Source: Candidatus Krumholzibacteriota bacterium (lineage in GTDB: Bacteria; Krumholzibacteriota; Krumholzibacteriia; JAJRXK01). Taken from it: DNA of 64,000 bases. Positions within the stretch are counted from its first letter, which is position 1. Every line of letters begins with the position of its first letter. Below the pieces are notes generated by a model. That model ran no database searches and was not told the origin of the DNA. It was given only the letters and a program-made list of their open reading frames with translations. The DNA is taken from the NCBI GenBank assembly GCA_963806035.1, contig CAWDWO010000023.1:1-64000 (forward strand). Direction: 5' to 3'. The translations under genes and the position numbers were made by a program. Of the stretch, positions 28,036 through 38,217 are shown piece after piece.

Positions 28036-29850
28036 TCAACCAGCCCCGCCGCCACCACCACCCGCGCCGCCACCGCCGGCGGAAGCTCCGCCTCCCGAAC
28101 CGGTGGCGCTGGACATGCTGGAGCTCACGGTGGCTACCGCGCTGCTGAAGGATGCGCCGAAGGACGCGCCGAAGCTGCCACCGTATCCCTCTTGGGTGAA
28201 GTACCAGGGAACGTAGACGCGTTGTTGTCCCGCCGGGATGGCGTTCGCCAGATCGGTCAGGGCCTTCTTCCCCACCCCCAAAGCCACACCGTAAACCAGA
28301 TAGCGTGGGACACTCTCCAGCTGATTCGCGCGGCCCGACCCGAGCTCCTTCAGATAGTTCTTCAGGCTCTTCCAGCGCGCGGCCTCGATTGCACCCTTAC
28401 GCGTGTGGTGCACGATGGCCAAGGAAAGTACGATGAGCACCAGCCCCAGGATTCCAGGCGCGAGGGCCCACTGGAAGAAAAACGGGGCCAGCGCGACGCC
28501 GAGAACAACCATGAACCCGCCGATCATCATGCCGATGTTCCGGCCCGTGTAGCTCTCGACTGCGTAAAACTCGCGTCGCTTTCCTTCGGCCTCGACTTCC
28601 TTCTTCCAAGTGCGGAAGAAGCGGCGGCACTTTCTGGCGTTCTTCCTGAAAAGCTCCATGGGAGCGCGGTCTCCATCCGCCAGCTCGTCGAAGACAAAAG
28701 CGACCAGCATGGACTCGAAGGGGAGAAGCTCCTCGCGACCGGACTCGTACTTGTTTCTCAACAGAAGCCAGTAGTGCTTGTTCACCTTCCGCTTGATGCC
28801 CAGGATGTAATGGCGATCCTCACTGTCTTCGTGAAATTCGAGGAATCCGCGCCGGGCCAGATCGAGCAGAGTCGCCACCAGAGCATTGCCGTTGATCATG
28901 CGATTGCTCAGCAGGAATTGGGTCAGGGCGGGAGCTAGTTCCGAAGGGATCTCAGCCGAGCGCTCGAGCCTCAGTGGGATCTCCGGCCTCCGTCCATAGC
29001 GCAGGAAGACCAGCACCCAGGCGAAGATCCCCAGAAAGCCGAGCGCCGGTGTCACCTTGCTGCCCAGAGCCATCCTCGCAGCGCGCTGGGTCGCCCTCTC
29101 TCTGGCCTCGATCCTGCGCTGATTGGCTTCCTCCGCCCACCGCGCCTCTTCTGCCGTCACCTGAGCCACGATCGCTCCTGATACCGCGGGCGCATCCTCA
29201 AAAGCATCGGGGGGATAGAGGATGCGAAGCTCGAGGTACTGATGCGCCGGCAGGAGCTCGCACCAGGCCTTGATCGCGCCGTTTGCTTCGGTCTTCGACT
29301 CGGCCCACAGAGGGCCGTGCAACCACTGATGAATCTGCGCGGGATCGATTTCAAGGGGCGGCGTGACTCGCAGACTCACGTTGGAACTCGGCACTGCGAA
29401 GCCTGAACCGACGAACTGATAGTGCAGAACTGCGGCGTCGGGATGGCGTTGGACGAGATCAGTGACCTCGTAGCTGATGGTGAAAGTACGCGTCTCGTTG
29501 CTCGCCTTGAAGAACCAGCGCAGCTCGATCTGGTCACCGTTTGTGCTGAGTTTGTAGCTTCCGGGGGCTTGCGAATCATTGCGCTCGTAGGCTCGTCCGT
29601 TTTCACTGACAGCGAATCCCGAGTAATCGATTCCGCCACTACGTGAGAAGGTGCGGTAGGCGTATCTGTAACGGCCCCGAAAGGAATACGACCGGCTTTC
29701 GACCACCTTCATCGACCCATTGGAGCGCGTCTTCGCCTCGATGCTGAGGCCGCTCACGCGATAGGACTTCGACGCGGCGGCCGCATCGGACTGGCTCAGG
29801 AAGGGCGTGGCCAGCGCCGTGAGCAGGAAGATGGCGAGAATCGTTCTCAT
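28036..29850 (-). CDS. DUF2207 domain membrane protein
   Basis: Signal peptide; NGSMKVVESRSY.F.G; ATLLDLARRG; YLVYGVALGV; Gly-rich tail. Confidence 0.88.
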   Translation of the reverse strand: MRTILAIFLLTALATPFLSQSDAAAASKSYRVSGLSIEAKTRSNGSMKVVESRSYSFRGRYRYAYRTFSRSGGIDYSGFAVSENGRAYERNDSQAPGSYKLSTNGDQIELRWFFKASNETRTFTISYEVTDLVQRHPDAAVLHYQFVGSGFAVPSSNVSLRVTPPLEIDPAQIHQWLHGPLWAESKTEANGAIKAWCELLPAHQYLELRILYPPDAFEDAPAVSGAIVAQVTAEEARWAEEANQRRIEARERATQRAARMALGSKVTPALGFLGIFAWVLVFLRYGRRPEIPLRLERSAEIPSELAPALTQFLLSNRMINGNALVATLLDLARRGFLEFHEDSEDRHYILGIKRKVNKHYWLLLRNKYESGREELLPFESMLVAFVFDELADGDRAPMELFRKNARKCRRFFRTWKKEVEAEGKRREFYAVESYTGRNIGMMIGGFMVVLGVALAPFFFQWALAPGILGLVLIVLSLAIVHHTRKGAIEAARWKSLKNYLKELGSGRANQLESVPRYLVYGVALGVGKKALTDLANAIPAGQQRVYVPWYFTQEGYGGSFGASFGASFSSAVATVSSSMSSATGSGGGASAGGGGAGGGGGGAG

Positions 29851-29926
29851 GTGCGCAGCTTAGCCAATAGAGGGCGTCGAGTTCAAACCCATTGTGATCT
29901 TTGCCGGCCGGCCGGCGCGATGCGGC

Positions 29927-31183
29927 TCATTCGTAGCGCAAGGCATCGATGGGATTGAGGCGCGAGGCCTTGATCGCAGGCAAAAGGCCGAAGCCGATTC
30001 CCACCATCGAACAAAAGCCCAATCCGATGAAGGTCCACTGCAGGGGAACGTTCACCTCGAAGGCGGTGAACAGAGTGAAGACGTTCCCCAGACCGAAACC
30101 AACCGCGACCCCCACCAATCCCCCGAGGTTACACAAAATCACCGCCTCCAAGAGAAACTGCAACAGAATGTTCGCCGGCTTGGCGCCGATCGATTTGCGA
30201 ATCCCGATCTCCTTGGTGCGCTCGGTCACCGAAACCAGCATGATGTTCATGATGCCGATACCCGCCACGACAAGGGCAATGATCCCCACCACGAAGGCCG
30301 CGATTTTCACCCCGCGGGTCATGTTGTTGAACTGCGTGATGAGGCTCTTGCTGTTGAAGAAGTCGAAGTTGTCCGGCTCGTTCGGCTTGACCCCGCGAGC
30401 TTGGCGCAGCACCTGCCGCGTCTGCTCGATCGTGTCATCGACGAGATCCGGACTCTTGGCCCGCACGGTGATGTTCACTGAACGCTCGAAGCCCTGCGGG
30501 TCCACCATTCCGTAGGTCTTCAAAAAGCAAGTGATGGGAATGAGGCAGTAGTTCTCGAAACTCCCACCCCGAAACGCCGATTTCTTCACATCGAACACTC
30601 CGATGACCTTGTACTTTCGGCCGTCGAGGCGAATGATCTTGTCGATGGGATCGGTGAAAGGAAAGAGCTTGCCGGCAATGGCCTTGCCGATCACCACGAC
30701 ATGACGCGCGCTGCGCACGTCCATCTGCGAGATGTTGCGTCCCAGGCCCACGTAGTGGGTGTTGTTGGCCGAGTACTCCGGAGTCCCGCCGCAGATGGTG
30801 ATGTTCGGGTTCGTCGACTCGCCCTTGTACTCCACGGTGTAACCGAAGGACCACAACTCGGCTCCCACGATCTCGGCCGTCGGCACTTTGTCGCGGATCA
30901 GCTGCGCGTCTTCGATGGTCAGAGGAGGCCGTTTCATGGCCTCGCGGCGCTCTTCGGAACTGTGAAATCCACCGGCGGGCCACTTTTGCACCTGGAACAC
31001 CTGCGAGCCCAGTACGCTCATCTCCTGCTCCATGGTGGCCTGCACCACCGAAATCGCGGTCATCACCGCGATGATGGAGGCCACGCCGGCCACGATTCCC
31101 ACCAGAGTAAGGCTGGACCGCAGCTTGTTGCTGAAGATCGCGCCCACTGACATCGAGAGAGTGTCGAAACTACTCATCTGCAC
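29927..31183 (-). CDS. MacB/FtsX-like ABC permease
   Basis: NKLRSSLT, GIGIMNIMLVSVTERTKEIGIRK, LNPIDALRYE. Confidence 0.92.
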   Translation of the reverse strand: MQMSSFDTLSMSVGAIFSNKLRSSLTLVGIVAGVASIIAVMTAISVVQATMEQEMSVLGSQVFQVQKWPAGGFHSSEERREAMKRPPLTIEDAQLIRDKVPTAEIVGAELWSFGYTVEYKGESTNPNITICGGTPEYSANNTHYVGLGRNISQMDVRSARHVVVIGKAIAGKLFPFTDPIDKIIRLDGRKYKVIGVFDVKKSAFRGGSFENYCLIPITCFLKTYGMVDPQGFERSVNITVRAKSPDLVDDTIEQTRQVLRQARGVKPNEPDNFDFFNSKSLITQFNNMTRGVKIAAFVVGIIALVVAGIGIMNIMLVSVTERTKEIGIRKSIGAKPANILLQFLLEAVILCNLGGLVGVAVGFGLGNVFTLFTAFEVNVPLQWTFIGLGFCSMVGIGFGLLPAIKASRLNPIDALRYE

Positions 31184-31185
31184 AC

Positions 31186-32436
31186 CTACTCATAGCGCAA
31201 GGCCTCGATGGGGTTGAGGCGCGCGCCGCGCCAGGCGGGCACCAATCCCGCGAGCAAGCCCACGCTCACCGCCACCAACAGAGCGATGAAGAGAATGGAC
31301 ACCGACAGGTTGGCCGGCATGAGCGAGGCATTGATCGCCGCTGTCACCCCTGCGGAAAGCACGATGCCGATCACGCCGCCCAAGAGACAGATCACGGCCG
31401 CCTCGAAAAGGAACTGAAACATGATGCTGTGTGGTTTGGCTCCGATGGCTTTGCGAATGCCGATCTCGCGCGTGCGCTCGGTAATGGACACGAACATGAT
31501 GTTCATCACCCCCACCCCACCCACGAAGAGCGAGATGCTCGTGATCAAAAGACCCACCAAAAGCACCACGCCCATCACGTTGTTGAAGGCGCCCACCAGA
31601 GTGTCGAGGCGGTTGATGCTGAAGTTCTCTTTCTCCGTGGGACGTAAACCGCGTAGCTTGCGCATCTCTCCGATGATCTTGTATTCGAGGTCTCCCATCG
31701 CGGCCTCGCTGGGAGCCTTGACCGCGATGTTGACGTCCTGACGGCCGTGGAGTCCGCCAAAGGCGCTCACAAAAGCTGTAATCGGAATGTAGATCTGCCG
31801 GTCGAAATTGGGGCCCCCGAAGAAGCTTCCCCCTCCCTGCTCTTCCATCACACCGATGACGCGGAAAGTGGTGCGGCCGATCTTCATCTCCTTGTTGAGC
31901 GGATCGACATCACCAAAAAGCCCCTTACGCACGTCGCTTCCGATGACGCAGACCTTGTGCTTGTAGGTCACTTCGAAGGGCAACATGAACCGCCCGATCC
32001 CGGGCTGCGCATTCGAAACCATCAGCTGCTTTTCGGTGGTCCCGATGACGGTGACGCCATCCATTCTCTCGGATCGATATTTGGTGTCCTGCCGTCCGTT
32101 CATCGTCGGGTTCACCACCCCGGAGCCGCGCAAACGCTTCTCCAGCTCGCGCGCCTCCTTGAAATCGATCGGTGGCCGGTTGCGGTACAGGAAGAAGTCG
32201 TCCTGGATGACCCAGGGCATGCGCGAGACGTAGAGCACATCCGCTCCCACTGAAGAAAAACTCTCGCGAAAGGTGTTCCGCAGGCCGTTCGCCGCGGTCA
32301 TGGTGGTGATGACGGCGACAATCCCGATGATGATTCCCAGAGTGGTGAGCGCACCGCGCGCCTTGTTGGCGCGCAGCGCACCGAAAGCGATGCGGACGGA
32401 CTCCTGGAGGTCCAAGGCCAGACGCAAGCCTCTCAC
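31186..32436 (-). CDS. MacB/FtsX-like ABC permease
   Basis: [33 protein letters not shown]. Confidence 0.92.
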   Translation of the reverse strand: MRGLRLALDLQESVRIAFGALRANKARGALTTLGIIIGIVAVITTMTAANGLRNTFRESFSSVGADVLYVSRMPWVIQDDFFLYRNRPPIDFKEARELEKRLRGSGVVNPTMNGRQDTKYRSERMDGVTVIGTTEKQLMVSNAQPGIGRFMLPFEVTYKHKVCVIGSDVRKGLFGDVDPLNKEMKIGRTTFRVIGVMEEQGGGSFFGGPNFDRQIYIPITAFVSAFGGLHGRQDVNIAVKAPSEAAMGDLEYKIIGEMRKLRGLRPTEKENFSINRLDTLVGAFNNVMGVVLLVGLLITSISLFVGGVGVMNIMFVSITERTREIGIRKAIGAKPHSIMFQFLFEAAVICLLGGVIGIVLSAGVTAAINASLMPANLSVSILFIALLVAVSVGLLAGLVPAWRGARLNPIEALRYE

Positions 32437-33173
32437 GACGCGACGCCTCCGGCCACTGCCTTGCGCCCCTTGGCCTCATCGCTCTCGATGAGACCGTCTT
32501 TCAGCCGGATCGATCTTGACGCATAGTCGGCGATGTAATCCTCGTGGGTGACCACGATGATGGTGTGTCCCGCCCCGTGCAGCTCGTCGAAAATCGACAT
32601 GATCTCGTCGCCGGTCTTGCTGTCGAGGTTTCCCGTGGGTTCGTCCGCGAGAATGATGGAGGGATTCAGCACGATGGCGCGCGCGATCGCGACGCGCTGG
32701 CGCTGGCCTCCGGAGAGTTCATTGGGCTTGTGCTTCATGCGATCGCTCAAGCCCACGCGCGCGATGGCGCTCTCCGCGCGTTCGCGGCGTTCCCGGCTGC
32801 GCACTCCGCCGTAGATCAGAGGCAATTCGACGTTGTGAAAGACATTCGCTCTTGGAATCAGATTGAAGGTCTGGAACACGAAACCGATCCGCAGGTTACG
32901 AATCTCCGCCAACTCGGACTGAGTCATGTCCGCGACCGTCTGCCCCTCCAGCGTGTAGGTGCCCTTGGAGGGCACGTCGAGGCAGCCGATCACGTTCATC
33001 AGAGTGGACTTACCCGAACCCGAAGGACCCATGATCGCCACGTACTCGTTCTTGCGGACCTGAAGCGAGACGCCGCGCAGGGCGTGAACTTTTTCGGTCC
33101 CCATGACATAGGTTTTCTCGACTCCGTTCAAGGCAAGCGCGATCCCGTTGCCGTTTCCGTTCATCACTTTCAT
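32433..33173 (-). CDS. ABC transporter ATP-binding protein (MacB/LolD type)
   Basis: [28 protein letters not shown]. Confidence 0.95.
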   Translation of the reverse strand: MKVMNGNGNGIALALNGVEKTYVMGTEKVHALRGVSLQVRKNEYVAIMGPSGSGKSTLMNVIGCLDVPSKGTYTLEGQTVADMTQSELAEIRNLRIGFVFQTFNLIPRANVFHNVELPLIYGGVRSRERRERAESAIARVGLSDRMKHKPNELSGGQRQRVAIARAIVLNPSIILADEPTGNLDSKTGDEIMSIFDELHGAGHTIIVVTHEDYIADYASRSIRLKDGLIESDEAKGRKAVAGGVAS

Positions 33174-33175
33174 CT

Positions 33176-34459
33176 CTATGCCCCGTCGCTCGCCTTGGAG
33201 TCGTTGTCGATGCGCACCAGGTCGCCGTTGGTCAGGTCCTTGGAAATGGCTCGATAGCTGCCCGTCACTACTTCGTCGCCCTCGTTGAGGCCATCCAGAA
33301 TCTCGATGAACTCGTCGCTCTGGATTCCCGTCTTCACCTGTTTGGCCGTGGCCTTGCCGTCCTCGATACAGAAGACGATCTCCACGAAGCCGTCCTTGTC
33401 AGCCGTGTATTTCTTCTCGGTCTCGTCCCGGCTCTCTCCCGCCGAGCGCAACTGATCGAGGGTGCGTACGGCCACGCTCTGGATGGGCACGCTGAGGGCG
33501 TTGGGGTTGGTCTTGGTGAGGATGTCGGCGGTGGCCGTCATTCCCGGACGCAGGGCTGGATCAGGGTCGACGATGTTGATCTTCACCTCGAACTCGGTCT
33601 TCTGTTCCGTGGTGCCCTCACCGGTGGCGTTCGCACTGCTCGCGATTTCGTAGACGACGCCCTTCAATTTCTGTCCCAAGAGTGCGTCCACCTCGATCTC
33701 CGCTTCCTGTCCAACCTTGACCGACACGATGTCGTTCTCGTCCACGTTGACCCGCGCTTCCATCTCGGTGAGATCGGAAACCACGAGAATCGTGTCGCCC
33801 TGGAACTGCGAGCCGATAGCGATCTCGCCCTCTTCCTTGCGCAGGTCACTGACCGTTCCGTCCATCGGCGAGTAGATCGTCGTCTTCGAGAGGTCGTCCT
33901 TCACCTGTTTGAGGCTGGCCTTGGCCTGCTCCACCTGGTCCTGGGCCGAGGCATAACGCGCGAGTTCGATCTGGTAGGCGGACTTGGCGTCCTCGTACTC
34001 GGACTCCGATTGGAGGTTGCGGTCCATGAGTCCCTGAGCGCGCTCGAGCTCTCGCTTGGTCTTGAGAACGTTCTCGTGCACCAACTTCGAGTTCGCGCCG
34101 GCCGATCGCACCGAGGCTTCGGCGTTCTCCACCGCGGCCAGGTAGCGCTCGCGGTCCAGCTCCACCAGGAGCATGCCCTTCTTGACCGCCTGGCCTTCCT
34201 TGACGTGAATCTTGGTGATCTTGGCGCTGACGTCGGCGCTGATGTTCACTTCGGTCCGGGCGCGGATCTTCCCGTTGGCGCTCACTTTCTGGATGATCTT
34301 CTGCCGTGAGGCCTTGGCGGTCTTCACCGTTTGGGGAGGCTCCTCACCCTTTCGAATGGCCATGAAACCGGCCAGAGAGCCCAGGACGACGACCGCGAGG
34401 CCGATCAGCACGATTTTCTTCTTCAGGATTCTGCCTAGGTTCATCTTCTTACTTCTCAA
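33176..34459 (-). CDS. Efflux periplasmic adaptor (HlyD/MacA family)
   Basis: N-terminal [12 protein letters not shown], coiled coil, SPMDGTV, LRPGMTA. Confidence 0.92.
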   Translation of the reverse strand: MRSKKMNLGRILKKKIVLIGLAVVVLGSLAGFMAIRKGEEPPQTVKTAKASRQKIIQKVSANGKIRARTEVNISADVSAKITKIHVKEGQAVKKGMLLVELDRERYLAAVENAEASVRSAGANSKLVHENVLKTKRELERAQGLMDRNLQSESEYEDAKSAYQIELARYASAQDQVEQAKASLKQVKDDLSKTTIYSPMDGTVSDLRKEEGEIAIGSQFQGDTILVVSDLTEMEARVNVDENDIVSVKVGQEAEIEVDALLGQKLKGVVYEIASSANATGEGTTEQKTEFEVKINIVDPDPALRPGMTATADILTKTNPNALSVPIQSVAVRTLDQLRSAGESRDETEKKYTADKDGFVEIVFCIEDGKATAKQVKTGIQSDEFIEILDGLNEGDEVVTGSYRAISKDLTNGDLVRIDNDSKASDGA

Positions 34460-34774
34460 TCCTTTACGAGGGCCATGCTGAGGATCTTTCCTGACGAATA
34501 TTTCCTACGAGAAAGGGGCCCAGAAAGTTGTCGCGAACTCGGGTCCGCGTCCGGGTACCAGCGCCCGGGCGCCCCACGCTTGGCAGCGGGAAAGGGGGGC
34601 AAAAAGCGGAGAACTTGATCCGGATCGAGGAAACTTGCGGGAACCGGGCGCCCGGAATTCGGTGCAGCTGTGGTCCTGAGCGGCTTGATCCAAGCGCGAG
34701 AATCGTCTTACCATCCGCTCTCGTCCGTCGGCTCTGAGTTTTGTGACTCCCTGCTCTTTGACCCAGGTGACCGA

Positions 34775-36226
34775 GTGTCCTCAACACGGCAGCGAATCCT
34801 CAGGGCCTGCTTCCTCGTCCTGTTGAGTGCGTACCTCGCTCTGGCAGCATTTCAGCTCTTGGCGCAGATCGGGCTCTTTCCCCGTTACGGGGACACCAAG
34901 GAGTACCTGGTGCTGGCCACCACTTTGAAGGTGGATGGCTACCGCGGAATTCTGTACCCCGCGTTCCTCGCGGGAATCGACAAGCTCGTGGGTCACAGCC
35001 TGCTGGCCGGCTATGAGCACAACACTCTGCACCTCGGTTTGCCCGCGCCGCCGCCGTCGGCGATCTGGATCCAGATCACTCAGCTGTTTCTCTTCGGACT
35101 GGCTCTCGTCTACGCCTTGCAGGCCGCTCTCCCCTCCACGCGGAGGCGGCGGCCGTTCCAAGTCCTATGGGCAATCCTCTTCTTCGACCCTGTCCTTCTG
35201 CATCTCAATCTGTCCATTCTCAGCGATGGACTTTGCCTGAGTTGCCTCTTGCTCTTCGCGGGCGGACTCGCATCTCTTGTGCGCCGCCGCGACAGGCCAT
35301 GGTTCCACTGGTGCATGATCTTCGTGGGAGGCCTTGGCAGCAGCCTCTTACGTGTGGAGAAGATCTACGTCGTTGTCCTCGTCCTGATTCTCTTCATCGC
35401 GCTCGCTCTTTGGTTTCGCCGAAAATCTAGCACTGTTCTCACGCGACGCTCCGCGTTCGGTCTGGGCGCGGTGGCCCTTCTCCTCGCCCTGAGCACGCAG
35501 TGGATCGAGAGCGCCACGAGCATTTCGAATTGGCGCTGGCCCACGACCGTGCGCTGGCCCCGCGAAATCAGTTGGCTGCACGAACGCATCATTCGCCCCA
35601 ACCTGCATGCGATCAGGGACGATCTGCCCTCCGATCTGCAGGAACGATTGACTCCCTCTCAGATTGAACAGTACGACAGCTCGGTCCAGGGAGCGCGCTC
35701 CGTCATGTACCATCTCTGCCGCACTGGCTCGCCCCGTCTCGAGGAGGTCACGCACGAAATGGCGGACGCCGTACTCCACGATCATCCCCTGCTCCTGGCC
35801 GAGAATGTCCTGCACGATGCGCTGGGACATCTCTTCATCACGCCGAGTTTCTATCTCGACCTCGCGCGCTCAGGCGCCGACCCTACCCGCTTCGATCACG
35901 CGGAAAAAGAAAACGGAAATCTCTGGACCTACCTGCGAATCGCGGGCAAGCACCCGCAACGCGCGAAGCTCCTGCTTCTCCTGGCGGGAGTGGCCAGCAT
36001 GGTGGCCACGGTTCTGACTCTCACGAGGGGCGTCGCCGCCTGGCGAAGCGGAGCGCGACCCGATGCGAAGTTCCTTTTGGCCCTCACCCCCTTTCTGCTC
36101 CTATGGATCGTGAACGCCATGGCCTTCACCGCGGCCGGGCAGGTCATCCACATCCGCTACGGACTGATCGCGCACGCCACTGCACTGGGGATGGTTTGGT
36201 ATCCCGCCCTGGCTTCTCTGCTCTGA
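34775..36226 (+). CDS. Polytopic membrane protein, possibly a GT-C-fold glycosyltransferase
   Basis: Many TM segments; first loop GDTKEY...RGILYPAFL; ILSDGL motif; large external domain. Confidence 0.5.
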   Translation: MSSTRQRILRACFLVLLSAYLALAAFQLLAQIGLFPRYGDTKEYLVLATTLKVDGYRGILYPAFLAGIDKLVGHSLLAGYEHNTLHLGLPAPPPSAIWIQITQLFLFGLALVYALQAALPSTRRRRPFQVLWAILFFDPVLLHLNLSILSDGLCLSCLLLFAGGLASLVRRRDRPWFHWCMIFVGGLGSSLLRVEKIYVVVLVLILFIALALWFRRKSSTVLTRRSAFGLGAVALLLALSTQWIESATSISNWRWPTTVRWPREISWLHERIIRPNLHAIRDDLPSDLQERLTPSQIEQYDSSVQGARSVMYHLCRTGSPRLEEVTHEMADAVLHDHPLLLAENVLHDALGHLFITPSFYLDLARSGADPTRFDHAEKENGNLWTYLRIAGKHPQRAKLLLLLAGVASMVATVLTLTRGVAAWRSGARPDAKFLLALTPFLLLWIVNAMAFTAAGQVIHIRYGLIAHATALGMVWYPALASLL

Positions 36227-36296
36227 AGCATCGAGGAGCCGGCGGGCGCAGCGGTGCCCGGGCCAGCGGCAAGGGCCTATCGCACGGCCCCCGGCA

Positions 36297-36326
36297 TTGA
36301 CTTTCCTCGTCTCACTGTGCTAACTT
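36297..36326 (+). promoter_or_regulatory. Putative sigma70 promoter
   Basis: TTGACT-18 bp-TAACTT with extended -10 TG. Confidence 0.45.
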
Positions 36327-36461
36327 TTAACCACTGCAGTGGTCCCCCACGCGCAGATTGGCCCCCTTAGACAATTCGCCCAGAGGACAGGCTCCCGCCT
36401 CATCGTTGCGCACCGAGGTGACCCACCGCGGTGTGTCTACGCCTACTAAGAGGAGCAAAAC

Positions 36462-37067
36462 ATGAAAACCTTCAAGCTACAGACGGCGCTCGCCGCATTG
36501 CCGATCGTCCTTCTTCTTCCCGGTTTGGCACTCGCGGCAACGCCCGATGCGGGTCAGTCAACCGTGGATCCCTGTCTCGTCACCTGTCCCGCGGGGGATA
36601 CCGATTTTCTGGTCGTGGTTCGTGACGCAGGGGGTGCGGTCATCGCGGGATCGGTCGTCGAGGTCGACTTCTGCAATTGTGCCGGTCCTCAGCTGTGTTC
36701 GCCTGGAGGGTCCGGAAGCTGTCCGGATGGCACCAAGGACATTGCGATTCTCGCCACCAACTCGGCCGGGGAAGCGCTCTTCCATCTGGCGGAGGGGGGC
36801 GATGGCAACGGAGGTCTCGTCGACATTCGTGCCGACGGCGTTCTGCTGGCACAGCGCACGATCAAACCAATGGATACCAACGGCGACTTCGTCGCCGATA
36901 CGAGTGATTTCAGTTATTCGAATCTCTCCAACGACTACAACTGCGACGGCGCAGTGAACTTCAGCGATTTCGCCATCTTTGGAAACCACGGGTCGTTTTC
37001 CCACTCCTGCACGGGACCGGTGGACACCGCGCCGCGCACTTGGGGGAGCGTGAAGGCGCTGTGGTAA
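36462..37067 (+). CDS. Secreted Ig-like protein with dockerin/EF-hand-like motifs and C-terminal TWGSVKALW
   Basis: Signal peptide; DTNGDFVADTSD and DYNCDGAVNFSDF; GAGGAG RBS. Confidence 0.75.
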   Translation: MKTFKLQTALAALPIVLLLPGLALAATPDAGQSTVDPCLVTCPAGDTDFLVVVRDAGGAVIAGSVVEVDFCNCAGPQLCSPGGSGSCPDGTKDIAILATNSAGEALFHLAEGGDGNGGLVDIRADGVLLAQRTIKPMDTNGDFVADTSDFSYSNLSNDYNCDGAVNFSDFAIFGNHGSFSHSCTGPVDTAPRTWGSVKALW

Positions 37068-37329
37068 TCGCTGAGAGTTGAACGGTCGGGAATCTTGATT
37101 TTCTTCATGAACAGGCCCCTGTCGCAGCCGCGGCAGGGGCTAGTACGCATATAGTCCATCTTCCTGCCGCATAACTAGACAAAAAGATCTAATTTCTTCT
37201 ATACTGAGCCCGGTTCGGCGAGTCTCATCGTTCGGCTCCACGATGAGGCCACTGAAACGCATGTCTCGCGAGTACGGACCCTCATCGAATCCGTCGAGCA
37301 TGTGTCGCAACCCGCGAAAGGAGCTGTTC

Positions 37330-38025
37330 ATGAAGCGACTGGTCCCGTTGGTCTTCTTACTCTTCCTCCCCGCGCTGGCTCTGGCCGGAGCGCCAGTAGT
37401 CGGCACCTACACCACCGCCGACTTGGGAGGCCAAGTGCTCCCGGGTCATTTCAGCGAATCCTGGCCGGCACCCGCCTACCATGAGGGCGCGGTCGGCAAC
37501 ACCATCAACACGCAATCCTGGGACGGAAGCAGTCTGGGAACGCAATGGACCCTGATCTGTCCGTCGATCATGGCCACACCGACTCTCACCGAGGATACCC
37601 GCATCGCGGGCACCGGCTACGTCAAGTACGAGACGCACTATCAGAACGGTGCGTTCTGGTTCGCGGCCGCTGGTCCCTGGGGTGACGAGAACTACACCGC
37701 GCAAGTCGATCAGATGACCGTGACCTCCACGCATCTCTACGTGGGCGGAGTGTTGCAGTCGGTCGTCAGTGATATCACCGTCTTTGGAGCCTTCGACGGC
37801 TATATCAACTGCATGACCTACACCATCAGCAACGCGGCCATCGTCGGCACGACCCAACTCATGGCTTTGCCCACCGACTACCCGCCCTTCATCGACGACA
37901 CCTGTGCAAATGGTCCCAATACGGGGGCCTGGGGTGATGTGGTGCAGGCTACGATCGTGATCTATCCCAGCTGCGAGGTCGGCTCCGAGGAGACATCTTG
38001 GGGTTCCCTCAAGGCGCGCTACTAG
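37330..38025 (+). CDS. Secreted beta-rich protein with C-terminal SWGSLKARY
   Basis: MKRL...ALA signal peptide; AGGAG RBS. Confidence 0.75.
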   Translation: MKRLVPLVFLLFLPALALAGAPVVGTYTTADLGGQVLPGHFSESWPAPAYHEGAVGNTINTQSWDGSSLGTQWTLICPSIMATPTLTEDTRIAGTGYVKYETHYQNGAFWFAAAGPWGDENYTAQVDQMTVTSTHLYVGGVLQSVVSDITVFGAFDGYINCMTYTISNAAIVGTTQLMALPTDYPPFIDDTCANGPNTGAWGDVVQATIVIYPSCEVGSEETSWGSLKARY

Positions 38026-38217
38026 AGCGGCCCCTCGAGCTTCGAGCTCGAGCCGAGAGTAGATCACCTGGTTTGAAAAACTGAAGATCGATGAGCCCGG
38101 TCGCTGGTAGCGGCCGGGCGTTCGTCCGCTCATTGGCGGGGACAAAAGCTAGATTTGAAGTGTATATCTTGCTGGCTCTCGTGTGAGAGGTGTGACTGAC
38201 GCTGAAAGGAAGACGCG

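Noticed and set aside
28036..28200. Gly/Ser low-complexity repeat
   Set aside because: Normal DUF2207 C-terminal tail.
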